Positions 47,816 to 57,226 of a stretch of 64,000 bases of DNA are shown here, piece after piece. The position numbers were made by a program, and so were the translations under genes. Source of the DNA: an uncultured Verrucomicrobiae bacterium (lineage in GTDB: Bacteria; Verrucomicrobiota; Verrucomicrobiia; Limisphaerales; UBA11358); assembly GCA_963802965.1 (NCBI GenBank), contig CAWDKS010000001.1:202864-266863 (forward strand), written 5' to 3'. The notes below the pieces were generated by a model. That model was not told where the DNA came from. It saw nothing but the letters and a program-made list of their open reading frames with translations, and made no database searches. Within the stretch, counting starts at the first letter, position 1, and every line of letters begins with the position of its first letter.

Positions 47816-50404
47816 ATGACTCGTTGCGCGAAAAAAATTCTGAGATCTCTGCCAAACCGGGGCGCGGACAGCTTTGTCCGCGAGTTCAGGTGGCCGGCAT
47901 GCTGGCGGACATGGCTGTCCGCGCTCCTCAACGCCACTCGCCACGGGCTTTGCAGAGGTCTCATTCTGTGTGCCGGCTCAACAGTCGGCCTGATGGCGCC
48001 GGCCGTGTCCGCGCAAATGGCGACGCCGCCAGGCGACATGCCGCTTTTCTTTGAGGCCAATCGCGGACAGGCAGACCATTCAGTTCAGTTCCTCGCGCGT
48101 GGACGCGATTCCCAATTCCTGATTTCGCCGGCCGGAGCGAAAATCGTCCTGCGCAAAGATGCGGCGGCGCCCGTGACGGTGCGAATGCAATTCATGGGCG
48201 CAAACCCACAAGCGCAAATCCGCGGCGATGCCGCATTGTCCGGCCAGGTCAATTACCTTGTGGGCAACGACCCCGCGCAGTGGCATACCGGGGTGCCGAC
48301 CTTTGCCAAAGTCCGCGTCGCGGAGCTTTATCCCGGCATCAACCTGGTTTATTACGGCAATCAGCAACGGCTTGAATACGATTTCACGATTGCTCCGGGG
48401 GCGAACCCGGATGCCCTTGCCATTCATTTCGACGGCGTGGACAGAATGTCAATCAATGCGCAGGGCGAACTGGTTTTGACCTTGAGTGGCGGTGAAATCC
48501 GCCAGCCCAAGCCGGTGATTTATCAGATGGCGAATGGCATACGCCATGAAATCAGCGGCGGCTACCGGCTGGCGCACGCACGCACCGTTGCCTTCGCTGT
48601 CGGCAACTACGATCACAGCCTGCCGCTGGTGATTGACCCGATCTTGAGTTACTCCACTTACTTCGGCGGCAATTATGGTGAAACTGCCTGGGCGGTTGCG
48701 ATCAACACAAACGACGGTTCCATTTACATGGCAGGCCAGACCTTTTCGACGCAATTCACGAACTGGCCGGTTCCACCCGGCGCATATCAGACAAATTTCC
48801 ATGGTGGTACTCTGACCGGTGATGCTTTTGTAGCCAAGTTTGACAACGCGGCACAAAATCTCATTTATTTTACCTACCTTGGCGGCAGCGGCGACGACGC
48901 CGCTTACGGACTGGCTGTGGACACCAACGGCGATGCTTATATCGCCGGTGTTACTGACTCGACAAATTTTCCTGTCAGGAACGGAATTTACACCAACATC
49001 AGCGGTACTCTGAATACCCATCTCGGAGTTTATCCTGTGGACGCTTTCGTTGCGGAATTGGGTCCCGGCGGTTCCAACTTGGTGTATTCCACCTATCTTG
49101 GCGGCGAAAGTGCCGATGCAGCCTTTGGCATCGCAGTGGATTTGGCCGGTAACGCTTATGTGACCGGCTTCACCTATTCAACGAATTTCCCGGTCAAAAG
49201 CCCGGTGCCTTATCAGTTGGCGGGGACAACAAACTTGTACTTGAACCACCTGGCCTGCACCAATACGGTGTACTACAATGCCAATGCCTTCATCGCCAAA
49301 ATTGCTCCCGGCGGCAACAACCTGATTTATTCAACCTACTTTGGCGGCAACAATTTTGATATCGGCGAAGGCATCGCCGTTGACAACCTCAACCAGGTTT
49401 ATGTGACCGGTTTCACCGCCTCGACCAATTTCCCAAACCTAAACGCATTCCAAAAATACTTGAACGGCTCGACAAATCAGGATTCCGCCTTAGACGCCTT
49501 TGTTGCCAAATTTGATTCGACTGGTACAAATTTACTTTACTCAACTTTTCTCGGTGGCATCAACGACGATGTCGCTTATTCCGTCGCCGCTGACAACAAC
49601 GGTGCCGCTTACGTGACCGGCTGGACAGTTTCAACCAATTTTCCAAATACCGTTACAAATTCCAATCTCTACAATGGGCTGACCAACAACTTGTATTACG
49701 GTTACAGTCTCACCACCAACGCCTTCCTGACAAAGATTACCAACGGCGTTCAGGCTGGAATCGCCTATTCCACCGTCTTTGGCGGCACCAATCTCAACAC
49801 TGACGTCGGCTACGGCGTGGCACTTGACGCGGCGGGCAATGTATTTGTCGTTGGCACCACCTCCTCGACCAATTTCCCGGTCACAACGAACAACCTCTCC
49901 GGTTTTCTCCGCGCGACCAACTCCGGCGGCAATGATGTGTTTGTCATCGCCTTCAACACCAATGCCACCGCCCTGCTTTATTCCGCCTATCTGGGCGGCT
50001 CGGCCGATGATTTTGGTTATGGCATCGCCGTGGATTCGCTGGGCAACGCCTATGTTGTCGGCCAGACGCTTTCGACGAACTTTCCCACGCTCAATGCCCG
50101 CCAGGCCACGCTCAACGGAACGAACGACACCTTCCTCGCCAAAATCCTGCTGACCGTCCCGTCGCCGGTGCTCACCATAACCACTTCCGGCAGCAATAAT
50201 TTCGAGATTTCCTGGCCGGCGGTGCTGCCGTTTGAGCCGGAACTGGGGCAATTGTTCGAGTTGGACTTCAACACCAGTTTGACCTCACCCACCAACTGGA
50301 TTTCGGCGGGCTTTCCAGTGGTGTTGACCAATAACTTGTATACTTACAGTTTCCCGTTAAACCCCATCTATACCAATGCGTTCTTCCGTCTGCGCGCGCC
50401 ATAG
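47816..50404 (+). CDS. Giant secreted beta-propeller (SBBP-repeat) protein
   Basis: FFEANRGQADHSVQFLARG in the N-domain, then more than 10 SBBP-type repeats (YSTYLGG...D.A.GIAVD..GNAYVTG.T.STNFP). The C-terminus is the FFRLRAP-type domain. The ATG lies 2 nt after the bamA stop, but the start is uncertain because a repeat element sits in the N-region. Confidence 0.8.
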   Translation: MTRCAKKILRSLPNRGADSFVREFRWPACWRTWLSALLNATRHGLCRGLILCAGSTVGLMAPAVSAQMATPPGDMPLFFEANRGQADHSVQFLARGRDSQFLISPAGAKIVLRKDAAAPVTVRMQFMGANPQAQIRGDAALSGQVNYLVGNDPAQWHTGVPTFAKVRVAELYPGINLVYYGNQQRLEYDFTIAPGANPDALAIHFDGVDRMSINAQGELVLTLSGGEIRQPKPVIYQMANGIRHEISGGYRLAHARTVAFAVGNYDHSLPLVIDPILSYSTYFGGNYGETAWAVAINTNDGSIYMAGQTFSTQFTNWPVPPGAYQTNFHGGTLTGDAFVAKFDNAAQNLIYFTYLGGSGDDAAYGLAVDTNGDAYIAGVTDSTNFPVRNGIYTNISGTLNTHLGVYPVDAFVAELGPGGSNLVYSTYLGGESADAAFGIAVDLAGNAYVTGFTYSTNFPVKSPVPYQLAGTTNLYLNHLACTNTVYYNANAFIAKIAPGGNNLIYSTYFGGNNFDIGEGIAVDNLNQVYVTGFTASTNFPNLNAFQKYLNGSTNQDSALDAFVAKFDSTGTNLLYSTFLGGINDDVAYSVAADNNGAAYVTGWTVSTNFPNTVTNSNLYNGLTNNLYYGYSLTTNAFLTKITNGVQAGIAYSTVFGGTNLNTDVGYGVALDAAGNVFVVGTTSSTNFPVTTNNLSGFLRATNSGGNDVFVIAFNTNATALLYSAYLGGSADDFGYGIAVDSLGNAYVVGQTLSTNFPTLNARQATLNGTNDTFLAKILLTVPSPVLTITTSGSNNFEISWPAVLPFEPELGQLFELDFNTSLTSPTNWISAGFPVVLTNNLYTYSFPLNPIYTNAFFRLRAP
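47861..47927. repeat. GCGCGGACAGC...GCTGTCCGCGC palindromic element inside the predicted signal-peptide n-region
   Basis: GGCGCGGACAGCTTTGTCCGCGAG...GGCGGACATGGCTGTCCGCGCTCC. A relative in the opposite orientation occurs in pheT at 59696. Confidence 0.75.
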
Positions 50405-50451
50405 ATGAATTTTCAGTTGGCGTCGTCCGCGAATTCTGTTTTCCTATTCCC

Positions 50452-51093
50452 ATGAAAATGTTGCGAACAACAATTTTGATGTTTTTACTGCTGGCCATTT
50501 TGAGCGTCCCGGCGCTGGCGCAAACCAAAATCGCCTCCGTGGACATGGAAAAGCTCTTCAAAGGTTATTGGAAAACCAAGCAGGCCGAGGTGGCGCTCAA
50601 CGGGCGCGCATCCGACCTCCAGAAGGAGATCAAGGACATGGCGGACGGTCTGGACAAGGAGCAGGCCGACTACAGCCAGCTTTTGGACCAGGCCAGCGAC
50701 CAGGCCCTTTCTGACGAACAACGCGGAAAAAGCCGGCAGGCCGCCGCCGACAAGCTGAAGGAAATCAATAGTTCCAAAGTCGCCATTGAACAATTCAACC
50801 GCCAGGCGCAAGCCCAGGTGCTGGACCAAAGGCAGCGGATGACCGCCAACCTCGTCAGCGAAATCCAAAAGGCCGTGGGCGACAAGGCCAAGGCCGGCGG
50901 TTACACGCTGGTGGTCAATTCCGCGGTGACGGACGCGGTCGTTTACACCAGCGGCGATGATTTGACCGAGGCCGTTCTCAAACAGCTCAACGTCAACGCG
51001 CCGATAGACCTGGCCCAACCAGCCGAGGTGGCGCCCATCACAACCTTGTTGAGCGCCACCAACGGTCCGGCCCTCGATCTCAACTCGCACTGA
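50452..51093 (+). CDS. skp: OmpH/Skp-family periplasmic chaperone
   Basis: A signal peptide, then [19 protein letters not shown] and a long coiled-coil region. It lies downstream of bamA. Confidence 0.85.
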   Translation: MKMLRTTILMFLLLAILSVPALAQTKIASVDMEKLFKGYWKTKQAEVALNGRASDLQKEIKDMADGLDKEQADYSQLLDQASDQALSDEQRGKSRQAAADKLKEINSSKVAIEQFNRQAQAQVLDQRQRMTANLVSEIQKAVGDKAKAGGYTLVVNSAVTDAVVYTSGDDLTEAVLKQLNVNAPIDLAQPAEVAPITTLLSATNGPALDLNSH

Positions 51094-52261
51094 GCCGCTG
51101 CACCGGCTGCTCAAACAACATCCGGTGCGCGTCCTCCAGAATTTCCGGGAGGTGCCCGGCAAACGGGCTGTGCCGCAACGCGTTTCGTAAATCCAGTTCA
51201 CGCGCCTTCGCCGCGTTCTGGCCGGGAAACCAGTGCTCCGCCTGGCCGAGCAGGTTGTAGCGCATCTTGCCCCAGGCCACGAGGTCGAGCGATTTCGCGT
51301 AGGTCCACAGCCGCGCGATTTCGGAAACGTTGATTTCACCGGGCACGTCCACGTAATTCGGCAGGCCTTCAAACCACCGCGCGCACCAATCCGCGCCGAG
51401 CACGCGCTCCATCTCCGCCCGCAGCCGTTTTTCAACCGGCGCAATGGCCTCCGGGATTTGGTCGTAAAACCGCAGCGCGCGAACGTGCGCGTCGAAATCA
51501 CCCGGTTTACTGGCGCCGCAGCTCAAGGTATGGACTTCCGGGCGCGCGAGGCAGTAGAGGTCGTTGAATTCCATCGGCGTCAGCGGCGCGCAAAGTCCGG
51601 CCAGTTTTTGCGGCGGCTCGTAAAGTTTGCCGCCCTTGTCGTTCGGGCTGATGATGAACACGCCCAGGTCGAGCCGGTGCGCGGCCTCAATCGCCGGCCA
51701 GTTCAAATCATTGACGAAATACCAGTGGACATTGCAGTAATCGAATTCGCCGGTGTTCACCGCTTCCAGGATGACATCCGTGGTGGCGTGCGTGGAAAAC
51801 CCGATGAACCGCGCGCGCCCGTCCTTTTGCAGTTTGCGGGCCGCGGCCAGACAGCCGTTTTGCTTCAGCGACCAGCCCAGCAGTTCGCGGTTGTTGATGC
51901 CGTGCAACGAGAGCAAATCCACGTGATCCAGCCGCAGATATTTCATCGAGGTCTCGAAGATTTCGAGAAATTCCCGGGCGTTCGCCTTCGGCACCACCTT
52001 GGTCTGGACGATGATTTTGTCGCGCGGCAATTGGGGCAGCACGCTGCCGAGCTGCATCTCGGAGGTGCCGTAGCCGCGCGCGGTTTCAATGTGGTTGATG
52101 CCCAGTTCGAACGCGCGGTGGATGGTGGCTTCGAGGTTTTTCTGGTTGTCCGCCGGGATTTCCTTCGGGTCCGCGTCCTGCCACTTGAATTGATACCGCA
52201 TCCCGCCACAGGAAATCACGGGCATCGCCAGCCCCGTCCGCCCAAAACGACGATATTTCAT
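51080..52261 (-). CDS. Aldo/keto reductase (long form)
   Basis: [23 protein letters not shown]...[12 protein letters not shown]...[12 protein letters not shown]. The upstream 110 codons of the track ORF were rejected. Confidence 0.85.
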   Translation of the reverse strand: MKYRRFGRTGLAMPVISCGGMRYQFKWQDADPKEIPADNQKNLEATIHRAFELGINHIETARGYGTSEMQLGSVLPQLPRDKIIVQTKVVPKANAREFLEIFETSMKYLRLDHVDLLSLHGINNRELLGWSLKQNGCLAAARKLQKDGRARFIGFSTHATTDVILEAVNTGEFDYCNVHWYFVNDLNWPAIEAAHRLDLGVFIISPNDKGGKLYEPPQKLAGLCAPLTPMEFNDLYCLARPEVHTLSCGASKPGDFDAHVRALRFYDQIPEAIAPVEKRLRAEMERVLGADWCARWFEGLPNYVDVPGEINVSEIARLWTYAKSLDLVAWGKMRYNLLGQAEHWFPGQNAAKARELDLRNALRHSPFAGHLPEILEDAHRMLFEQPVQRLSAS

Positions 52262-52371
52262 TGCGCTGAAAATAAATTGCGTCACCCGCAATGGCAAGCT
52301 GCGGAGTTGATGAATTTCAAAAATCCGGCCGGGCGGTGTCCCGAGCCGGAGGTTCCGCTGGGAGTGGCCGC

Positions 52372-53538
52372 CTAGGGTCCAAACAACGCTTCGCGCATGC
52401 CGGGCATGGGCCGGTTGTTTGGCTTGTCCCAATAGCGGAATCCCGCGCTCCAGTCCCAGATGGCCCAGCCCAGCTTCTCCCGGTCGAGCGCGCGGCGGAA
52501 CGCGGCGTAGAACCGGGCGCGCGACGCCGGATCGGCCCGGGTGTAACAGCCAAACTCGCCCACGTGCACCGGGCGGCCGTAATAATCCGACCATTCACGC
52601 GCCAGTTTGATTTTGCCTTCAAACGCCATCGGGCTGCTCGGATTTTTTTCCGTTGGCAGCGTGTTGTATTTGTGAATCCAATCCTGCACCCAGGGGTTCA
52701 ATTTGAGCGCCGGGTCGGGCACGAGCGGCGTGGCGGGCGGGCCGGGGAACTGGATGCCGGTTGCCTTCGGGTCCGGGCCGGCCCATGTCGCGCCCTGGTG
52801 CGTGAAATAAAACGGGTCGTAACTATGCACCGAGACAATCAGATTGTCGTCGGCGGCGGGCAGCACGAGATTTTTAAGTTCCTCAATGCTGCCCCAATTG
52901 CCCGGCTCGACGAAGATGGTGCGGCGCGGATTTGTTTGCCGAATTTCGGCAATGGCGCGGGCGTAAATCGGATTCATCACGGCGGTCTTCGCGTTCTCAT
53001 GCGGCTCGTTGTCCAGCTCGAACGCCAGTTGGTTGGGAAAATTCCGATAATGCGCCGCGACCTGCCGCCAGATCGCCATGAACTTTTCCGTGTTCCCCGC
53101 CGGATCAAGGTCCAGTTCATCGAAATGATGGATGTTGATCATCACGGCCAGATGATTGGCCAGCGCGTTGGTGACGACGAAATCCACCCGCGCAAAAATT
53201 TCCGGTGCCAGCGCAAAATCCGGCGCCGGACCGGTGTAATGCTGCCAGCCCACGGGCACACGCACATGATCGAATCCCTCGGCGCGCATGATGGCAAATT
53301 CATTGGCCGAACAGGTCACACCCCAATTTTGGCCCGGCGGCACTTCAAGATCATCGCCGAGATTGACGCCATGCCTGAACCACCGCGCCGCCTGATAAGC
53401 GGGTGAATCGCGGTTTGTCAGCGGCTGCATTTCCGGCGGATTTGAAGGGACAAAGGAACCACCGGACGCGGCCCGACTGACGCCGTTTTGGAAGGCGAGG
53501 ATTGCGAAAAGGAAGAGAAAGGGCGTTTTCAGAGCCAC
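52372..53538 (-). CDS. Secreted glycoside hydrolase family 5 (cellulase/mannanase-type)
   Basis: A signal peptide, then [11 protein letters not shown] and FDHVRVPV. The acid/base block is FELDNEPHE and the nucleophile region is VHVGEFG. Confidence 0.85.
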   Translation of the reverse strand: MALKTPFLFLFAILAFQNGVSRAASGGSFVPSNPPEMQPLTNRDSPAYQAARWFRHGVNLGDDLEVPPGQNWGVTCSANEFAIMRAEGFDHVRVPVGWQHYTGPAPDFALAPEIFARVDFVVTNALANHLAVMINIHHFDELDLDPAGNTEKFMAIWRQVAAHYRNFPNQLAFELDNEPHENAKTAVMNPIYARAIAEIRQTNPRRTIFVEPGNWGSIEELKNLVLPAADDNLIVSVHSYDPFYFTHQGATWAGPDPKATGIQFPGPPATPLVPDPALKLNPWVQDWIHKYNTLPTEKNPSSPMAFEGKIKLAREWSDYYGRPVHVGEFGCYTRADPASRARFYAAFRRALDREKLGWAIWDWSAGFRYWDKPNNRPMPGMREALFGP

Positions 53539-53599
53539 AGGCTTGTTTTTTTTGCGCCGGGGTCAAGCCCTTTTGACCGGATTTGAATTCAAAAATCAC

Positions 53600-53628
53600 T
53601 TGCCTTCGCGGAAACGGCCATCTATATT
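53600..53628 (+). promoter_or_regulatory. Candidate promoter of rpmI-rplT
   Basis: TTGCCT-17 nt-TATATT ends about 27 nt upstream of the rpmI ATG. Confidence 0.45.
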
Positions 53629-53654
53629 CCGCGCTCTTTTGCAATAAAGAATTT

Positions 53655-53864
53655 ATGCGACGTCCCAAAGGCATCAAGACCAGAAAGTCCGTGGCCAAGC
53701 GTTTTAAGATTACCGCGGGCGGAAAAGTCCTGCGCTCCAGCGCCGGCCGCCGCCATCTGGCCCAGAGCAAACGACCCAAACACCGCCGCCGTCTCCGTGG
53801 CGCAACCACGGTGGATGCCACCGACATGTATCGCATCACGCAAAGCCTGCCGTTCAGCCATTAA
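53655..53864 (+). CDS. rpmI: 50S ribosomal protein L35
   Basis: MRRPKGIKTRKSVAKRFKITAGGKVLRSSAGRRHL. Confidence 0.9.
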   Translation: MRRPKGIKTRKSVAKRFKITAGGKVLRSSAGRRHLAQSKRPKHRRRLRGATTVDATDMYRITQSLPFSH

Positions 53865-53893
53865 GGCCCTCAACCCTCAACTCTCAACCACTC

Positions 53894-54277
53894 ATGCGTG
53901 TTACCAACGCCGCCGCCTCTCGCAAACGCCGCAAACGGATGGTCTCAGCCGCCAAAGGCTACCGGATGCGCCGTTCGAAACTTTACCGCTACGCCTCCGA
54001 CGCCGTTGACCACGGCCGCCAGTATGCCTACCGCGATCGCCGCCGCAAAAAGCGCACGTTCCGTTATCTCTGGCAAATCCGCATCAACGCCGCGGCGCGC
54101 TCCGCCGGCTTGACCTACAGCCGGTTCATGGAGGGACTCAAGGCCGCCAAATGCGCCCTCGACCGCAAGGTGCTGGCCGACCTCGCCGCGACCGACGCGG
54201 CTGCATTCAGCGAATTGATCAACGTTGCCAAGGCCGCGTTGAAGGCCAAGCCCGCCGCCACTCTGGCAAAGGCGTAA
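53894..54277 (+). CDS. rplT: 50S ribosomal protein L20
   Basis: MRVTNAAASRKRRKRMVSAAKGYRMRRSKLYR...RRRKKRTFRYLWQIRINAAAR. Confidence 0.93.
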   Translation: MRVTNAAASRKRRKRMVSAAKGYRMRRSKLYRYASDAVDHGRQYAYRDRRRKKRTFRYLWQIRINAAARSAGLTYSRFMEGLKAAKCALDRKVLADLAATDAAAFSELINVAKAALKAKPAATLAKA

Positions 54278-54301
54278 AAGTCCAAAATTTTCAGTTTCAA
54301 G

Positions 54302-54331
54302 CGGGCGACCGGCAACGGTCGCCCGTTTTTT
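54302..54331 (+). terminator. Rho-independent terminator after rplT
   Basis: CGGGCGACCG-gcaa-CGGTCGCCCG forms a 10-bp stem with a GNRA loop, followed by TTTTTT. Confidence 0.8.
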
Positions 54332-54337
54332 GTGTGG

Positions 54338-54433
54338 AAACATCGAACACTGAACATCGAACGCTCAACGTCCAGTTTCCTTCCGGCGCAATCATTGGAT
54401 GTTCGATGTTGGGCGTTGAATGTTGGATGTTCC
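54338..54433. repeat. Degenerate inverted array of (A)ACATCGAAC / TCAACG units
   Basis: GAACATCGAACGCTCAACGTCC...GGATGTTCGATGTTGGGCGTTGAATGTTGGATGTTCC forms a long imperfect hairpin. Confidence 0.6.
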
Positions 54434-54483
54434 CTTTGAAAAAACTTTCCTTCTTTGTGTTCTTTGTGTTCTCTTGCGGCTAA
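54427..54483 (+). other. Phe-rich mini-ORF MFPLKKLSFFVFFVFSCG* ending 16 nt before the pheS ATG
   Basis: Hand-translated, with 6 Phe in 18 codons. It may be coincidental because TTCTTTGTGTTCTTTGTG looks like a dispersed repeat unit. Confidence 0.3.
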
Positions 54484-54499
54484 GCTTCGCAATTCTTTT

Positions 54500-55561
54500 A
54501 TGGCTGGATTGATTGATCAAATTGAGCCTTTGAAACAAGCCGCGCTCACGGACTTGAAAGCCGCTCCCGACCTCGCCGCGCTCGAACAGGCCAAGGGCAA
54601 CTGGATTGGCGCGCACGGCAAATTCACCGCGCTGATGAAACAGCTCGGCACGCTGTCCAAGGAGGAAAAGCCCGCCGCCGGCAAGGCCATCAACGCCGCC
54701 AAAATCGAACTCGAAGCCGCGCTGGCCGGACGCCGCTCCGAACTCGAGCTGGCGGCCGCGTTGCCCAAGGAACCGACCGATTTCACGTTGCCCGGACGCC
54801 GTCGTGCGCTCGGCAAACTGCATCCGCTCACGCAGGTGACCGAGGACATCGTCCGCGCCTTCCGCAAGCTCGGCTTTGCCGTCGCCGACGGCCCGGAAAT
54901 CGAGGACGAATACCATTGCTTCGACGCCCTCAACACCCCCGCCGACCATCCCGCCCGCGACACCCAGGACACGTTCTATCTTGCCAATAACGCGCCGAAT
55001 GTTTCTCCCTCTCCTGGGGGAGAGGGCCGGGGTGAGGGCGGTCATAAACCACTCTTGCTCCGCACCCACACATCGTCAGTGCAGATCCGGGTAATGAAAT
55101 CGCAACCTCCACCCATTCGCATCATCGTGCCGGGCCGCGTGTATCGCCGCGACAACGCCGACGCGACGCACAACCCGACCTTCGAGCAGATCGAAGGGCT
55201 TTACGTGGACAAAAACGTCACCGTCGGCGATTTGAAGGGCACGGTGGAATTTGTCTTCAAGGAATTGCTCGGCGAGGAGACGAAGATCCGTTTTCGTCCG
55301 CACTATTTCAGCTACACCGAGCCGAGCTTCGAGATTGATTTCAGCAACGCGCTGGTGAAGAAGCTGGGCAAGGACTGGCTGGAAATTGCGGGTTGCGGCA
55401 TGGTGCATCCGCAGGTGTTTGAAAACGTCGGCTACGACCCCGACATCTGGACCGGCTGGGCGTTCGGTTTCGGCATCGAACGCATCGCCATGATTCGTTA
55501 CGGCATCAACGACATCCGCCTCTTTTACGAAAACGACGTGCGGTTCTTGGAACAATTTTGA
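54500..55561 (+). CDS. pheS: Phenylalanine--tRNA ligase alpha subunit, with in-frame repeat insert
   Basis: HPLTQV, ADHPARDTQDTFYL, LLRTHTSSVQIR, RIIVPGRVYRRD, FRPHYFSYTEPS, GCGMVHP and the tail [21 protein letters not shown]. About 20 extra residues lie between DTFYL and LLRTHTS. Confidence 0.93.
   Translation: MAGLIDQIEPLKQAALTDLKAAPDLAALEQAKGNWIGAHGKFTALMKQLGTLSKEEKPAAGKAINAAKIELEAALAGRRSELELAAALPKEPTDFTLPGRRRALGKLHPLTQVTEDIVRAFRKLGFAVADGPEIEDEYHCFDALNTPADHPARDTQDTFYLANNAPNVSPSPGGEGRGEGGHKPLLLRTHTSSVQIRVMKSQPPPIRIIVPGRVYRRDNADATHNPTFEQIEGLYVDKNVTVGDLKGTVEFVFKELLGEETKIRFRPHYFSYTEPSFEIDFSNALVKKLGKDWLEIAGCGMVHPQVFENVGYDPDIWTGWAFGFGIERIAMIRYGINDIRLFYENDVRFLEQF
55004..55041. repeat. Half-copy of the 2101-2257 element (right arm) inside pheS
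   Basis: TCTCCCTCTCCTGGGGGAGAGGGCCGGGGTGAGGGCGG compared with CTCCCTCTCCTGGAGGAGAGGGCCGGGGTGAGGGCGG at 2221-2257. It is translated as SPSPGGEGRGEGG. Confidence 0.8.
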
Positions 55562-55563
55562 CG

Positions 55564-56096
55564 ATGCAGAACGAACTCGACATCGTTCGCGACGTTTCGA
55601 AACGGCTGGACGCTGCGGGCATCGGCTACATGCTCACCGGTTCGATGGCGATGAACTATTTTGCCCAGCCGCGCATGACCCGCGACATTGATGTCGTTGT
55701 TGAGTTGCAACCCGGTGATGCTGGGCGCGTGGTGAAATTGTTCAGTCCGGACTACTACGTTTCACGCGAGGCGGTGGACAGTTCCATCGCGCACCAATCA
55801 CTGTTCAACCTCATCCACAACGAAAGCATCATCAAAGTGGATTGCATCGTCCGCAAGCAGAGTGAATACCGCCTCAACGAATTTAATCGCCGGCAACGCA
55901 TCAAAATTCAGGATTTTGAGATGTGGATCGTCAGCAAGGAAGACCTGATTCTCTCCAAACTTTTTTGGGCAAAGGATTCCCGCTCGGAAGTGCAGCTCAG
56001 CGACGTGAAGAACCTCATTGGCACCGGCTGCGACCGCGCCTACATCGAACGTTGGACGGCGGAACTGGGTTTGACTAACTTGTGGAAGGAAATCGT

Positions 56097-56100
<4 letters not shown>
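55564..56100 (+). CDS. Minimal nucleotidyltransferase-fold protein (cassette 1, gene 1)
   Basis: It carries an NTase signature, G-S-x13-D-x-D, in LTGSMAMNYFAQPRMTRDIDVVV. It is 178 aa and its ATG lies 2 nt after the pheS stop. Confidence 0.75.
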
Positions 56101-56378
<278 letters not shown>

Positions 56379-56379
<1 letters not shown>

Positions 56380-56990
56380 TGGCGAAGGAAATTAAAATTT
56401 ACGAATCCGCTGTGCCGATTTCCGGCGAGGAAGTCGAACACGCAATTCTTTTAATTCGCGGGCAAAAAGTGATGCTTGACCGCGACCTCGCCCGGCTTTA
56501 CGGCGTGCAGACCAAAATTCTAAACAAAGCGGTCAGCCGCAACCTCGACCGGTTCCCTGCCGATTTCATGTTCCAATTGACCCCGGAAGAACAAGATTCT
56601 TTAAGGTTCCAATTTGGAACCTTAAAGCGCGGGCAACATTCCAAGTATCTGCCGTTCGTCTTCACGCAGGAAGGCGTCGCCATGCTTTCGGGCGTGCTGC
56701 GCAGTCCGCGTGCGGTGCAGGTCAACGTCGCCATCATGCGCGCCTTCGTGCGACTGCGCGAAACGCTGTCGTTGCACAAGGAACTGGCGCACAAGCTCGC
56801 CGACCTGGAACGCAAGATTGAAAACCACGACGAAAACATCCGCAGCCTGTTTGACGCCATTCGCCATTTGATGACGCCGCCGGAAACGCCGCGCCGCGAA
56901 ATCGGCTTCCACGTCAAGGAAGACAGCGTGCCGTATCGGGTGAAAACCAGAAAACCCGTAAAAGCTCCGCTAGGAGCGAAATCTTTGTAA
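56379..56990 (+). CDS. ORF6N-domain (KilA-N-related) DNA-binding protein (cassette 2)
   Basis: LLIRGQKVMLDRDLARLYGVQTKILNKAVSRNLDRFPADFMFQLTPEE is the ORF6N signature. The last 9 codons (KAPLGAKSL*) lie inside a MITE-like element. Confidence 0.85.
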
Positions 56991-57150
56991 CAACGAAACC
57001 AGATAAATTTTTAAGCTCCGTCAGGAGCGACATCGAAAACAAATGAACAACGCCGGTCAAAAAATTGTGGTTGGCGAAATATGCCGCCCCGATGGGGCTT
57101 GGCGGATTGGTGGCGTGCTGACTACAAAGATGCCGCTCCTAGCGGAGCTT
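56962..57150. repeat. MITE-like element with AAGCTCCGCTAGGAGCG...CGCTCCTAGCGGAGCTT termini
   Basis: The 17-bp terminal inverted repeats are perfect. An internal third copy, AAGCTCCGTCAGGAGCG, lies at 57013. The left end supplies the ORF6N stop and the right end abuts pheS-tail copy C. Confidence 0.8.
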
Positions 57151-57152
57151 GG

Positions 57153-57213
57153 CGGCATCAACGACATCCGCCTTTTCTACGAAAACGACGCGCGGTTTTT
57201 GAAACAGTTTTAA
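57153..57213 (+). repeat. Copy C of the pheS 3' end (61 nt, 3 mismatches to copy B)
   Basis: It encodes [19 protein letters not shown]. It shares GAAACAGTTTTAA with copy B, whereas the resident end reads GGAACAATTTTGA. Confidence 0.9.
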
Positions 57214-57226
57214 GTCAAATATTTTT

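Noticed and set aside
54151-54483. A 110-aa plus-strand ORF running from inside rplT to just before pheS.
   Set aside because: Most of it overlaps rplT out of frame and crosses the rplT terminator. Only its last 18 codons (the Phe-rich mini-ORF) were kept, as a low-confidence observation.
55558-55563. A TTG start at 55558 for the nucleotidyltransferase ORF, overlapping the pheS stop.
   Set aside because: The ATG at 55564, two codons downstream, is the more conventional start. The difference does not affect the interpretation.
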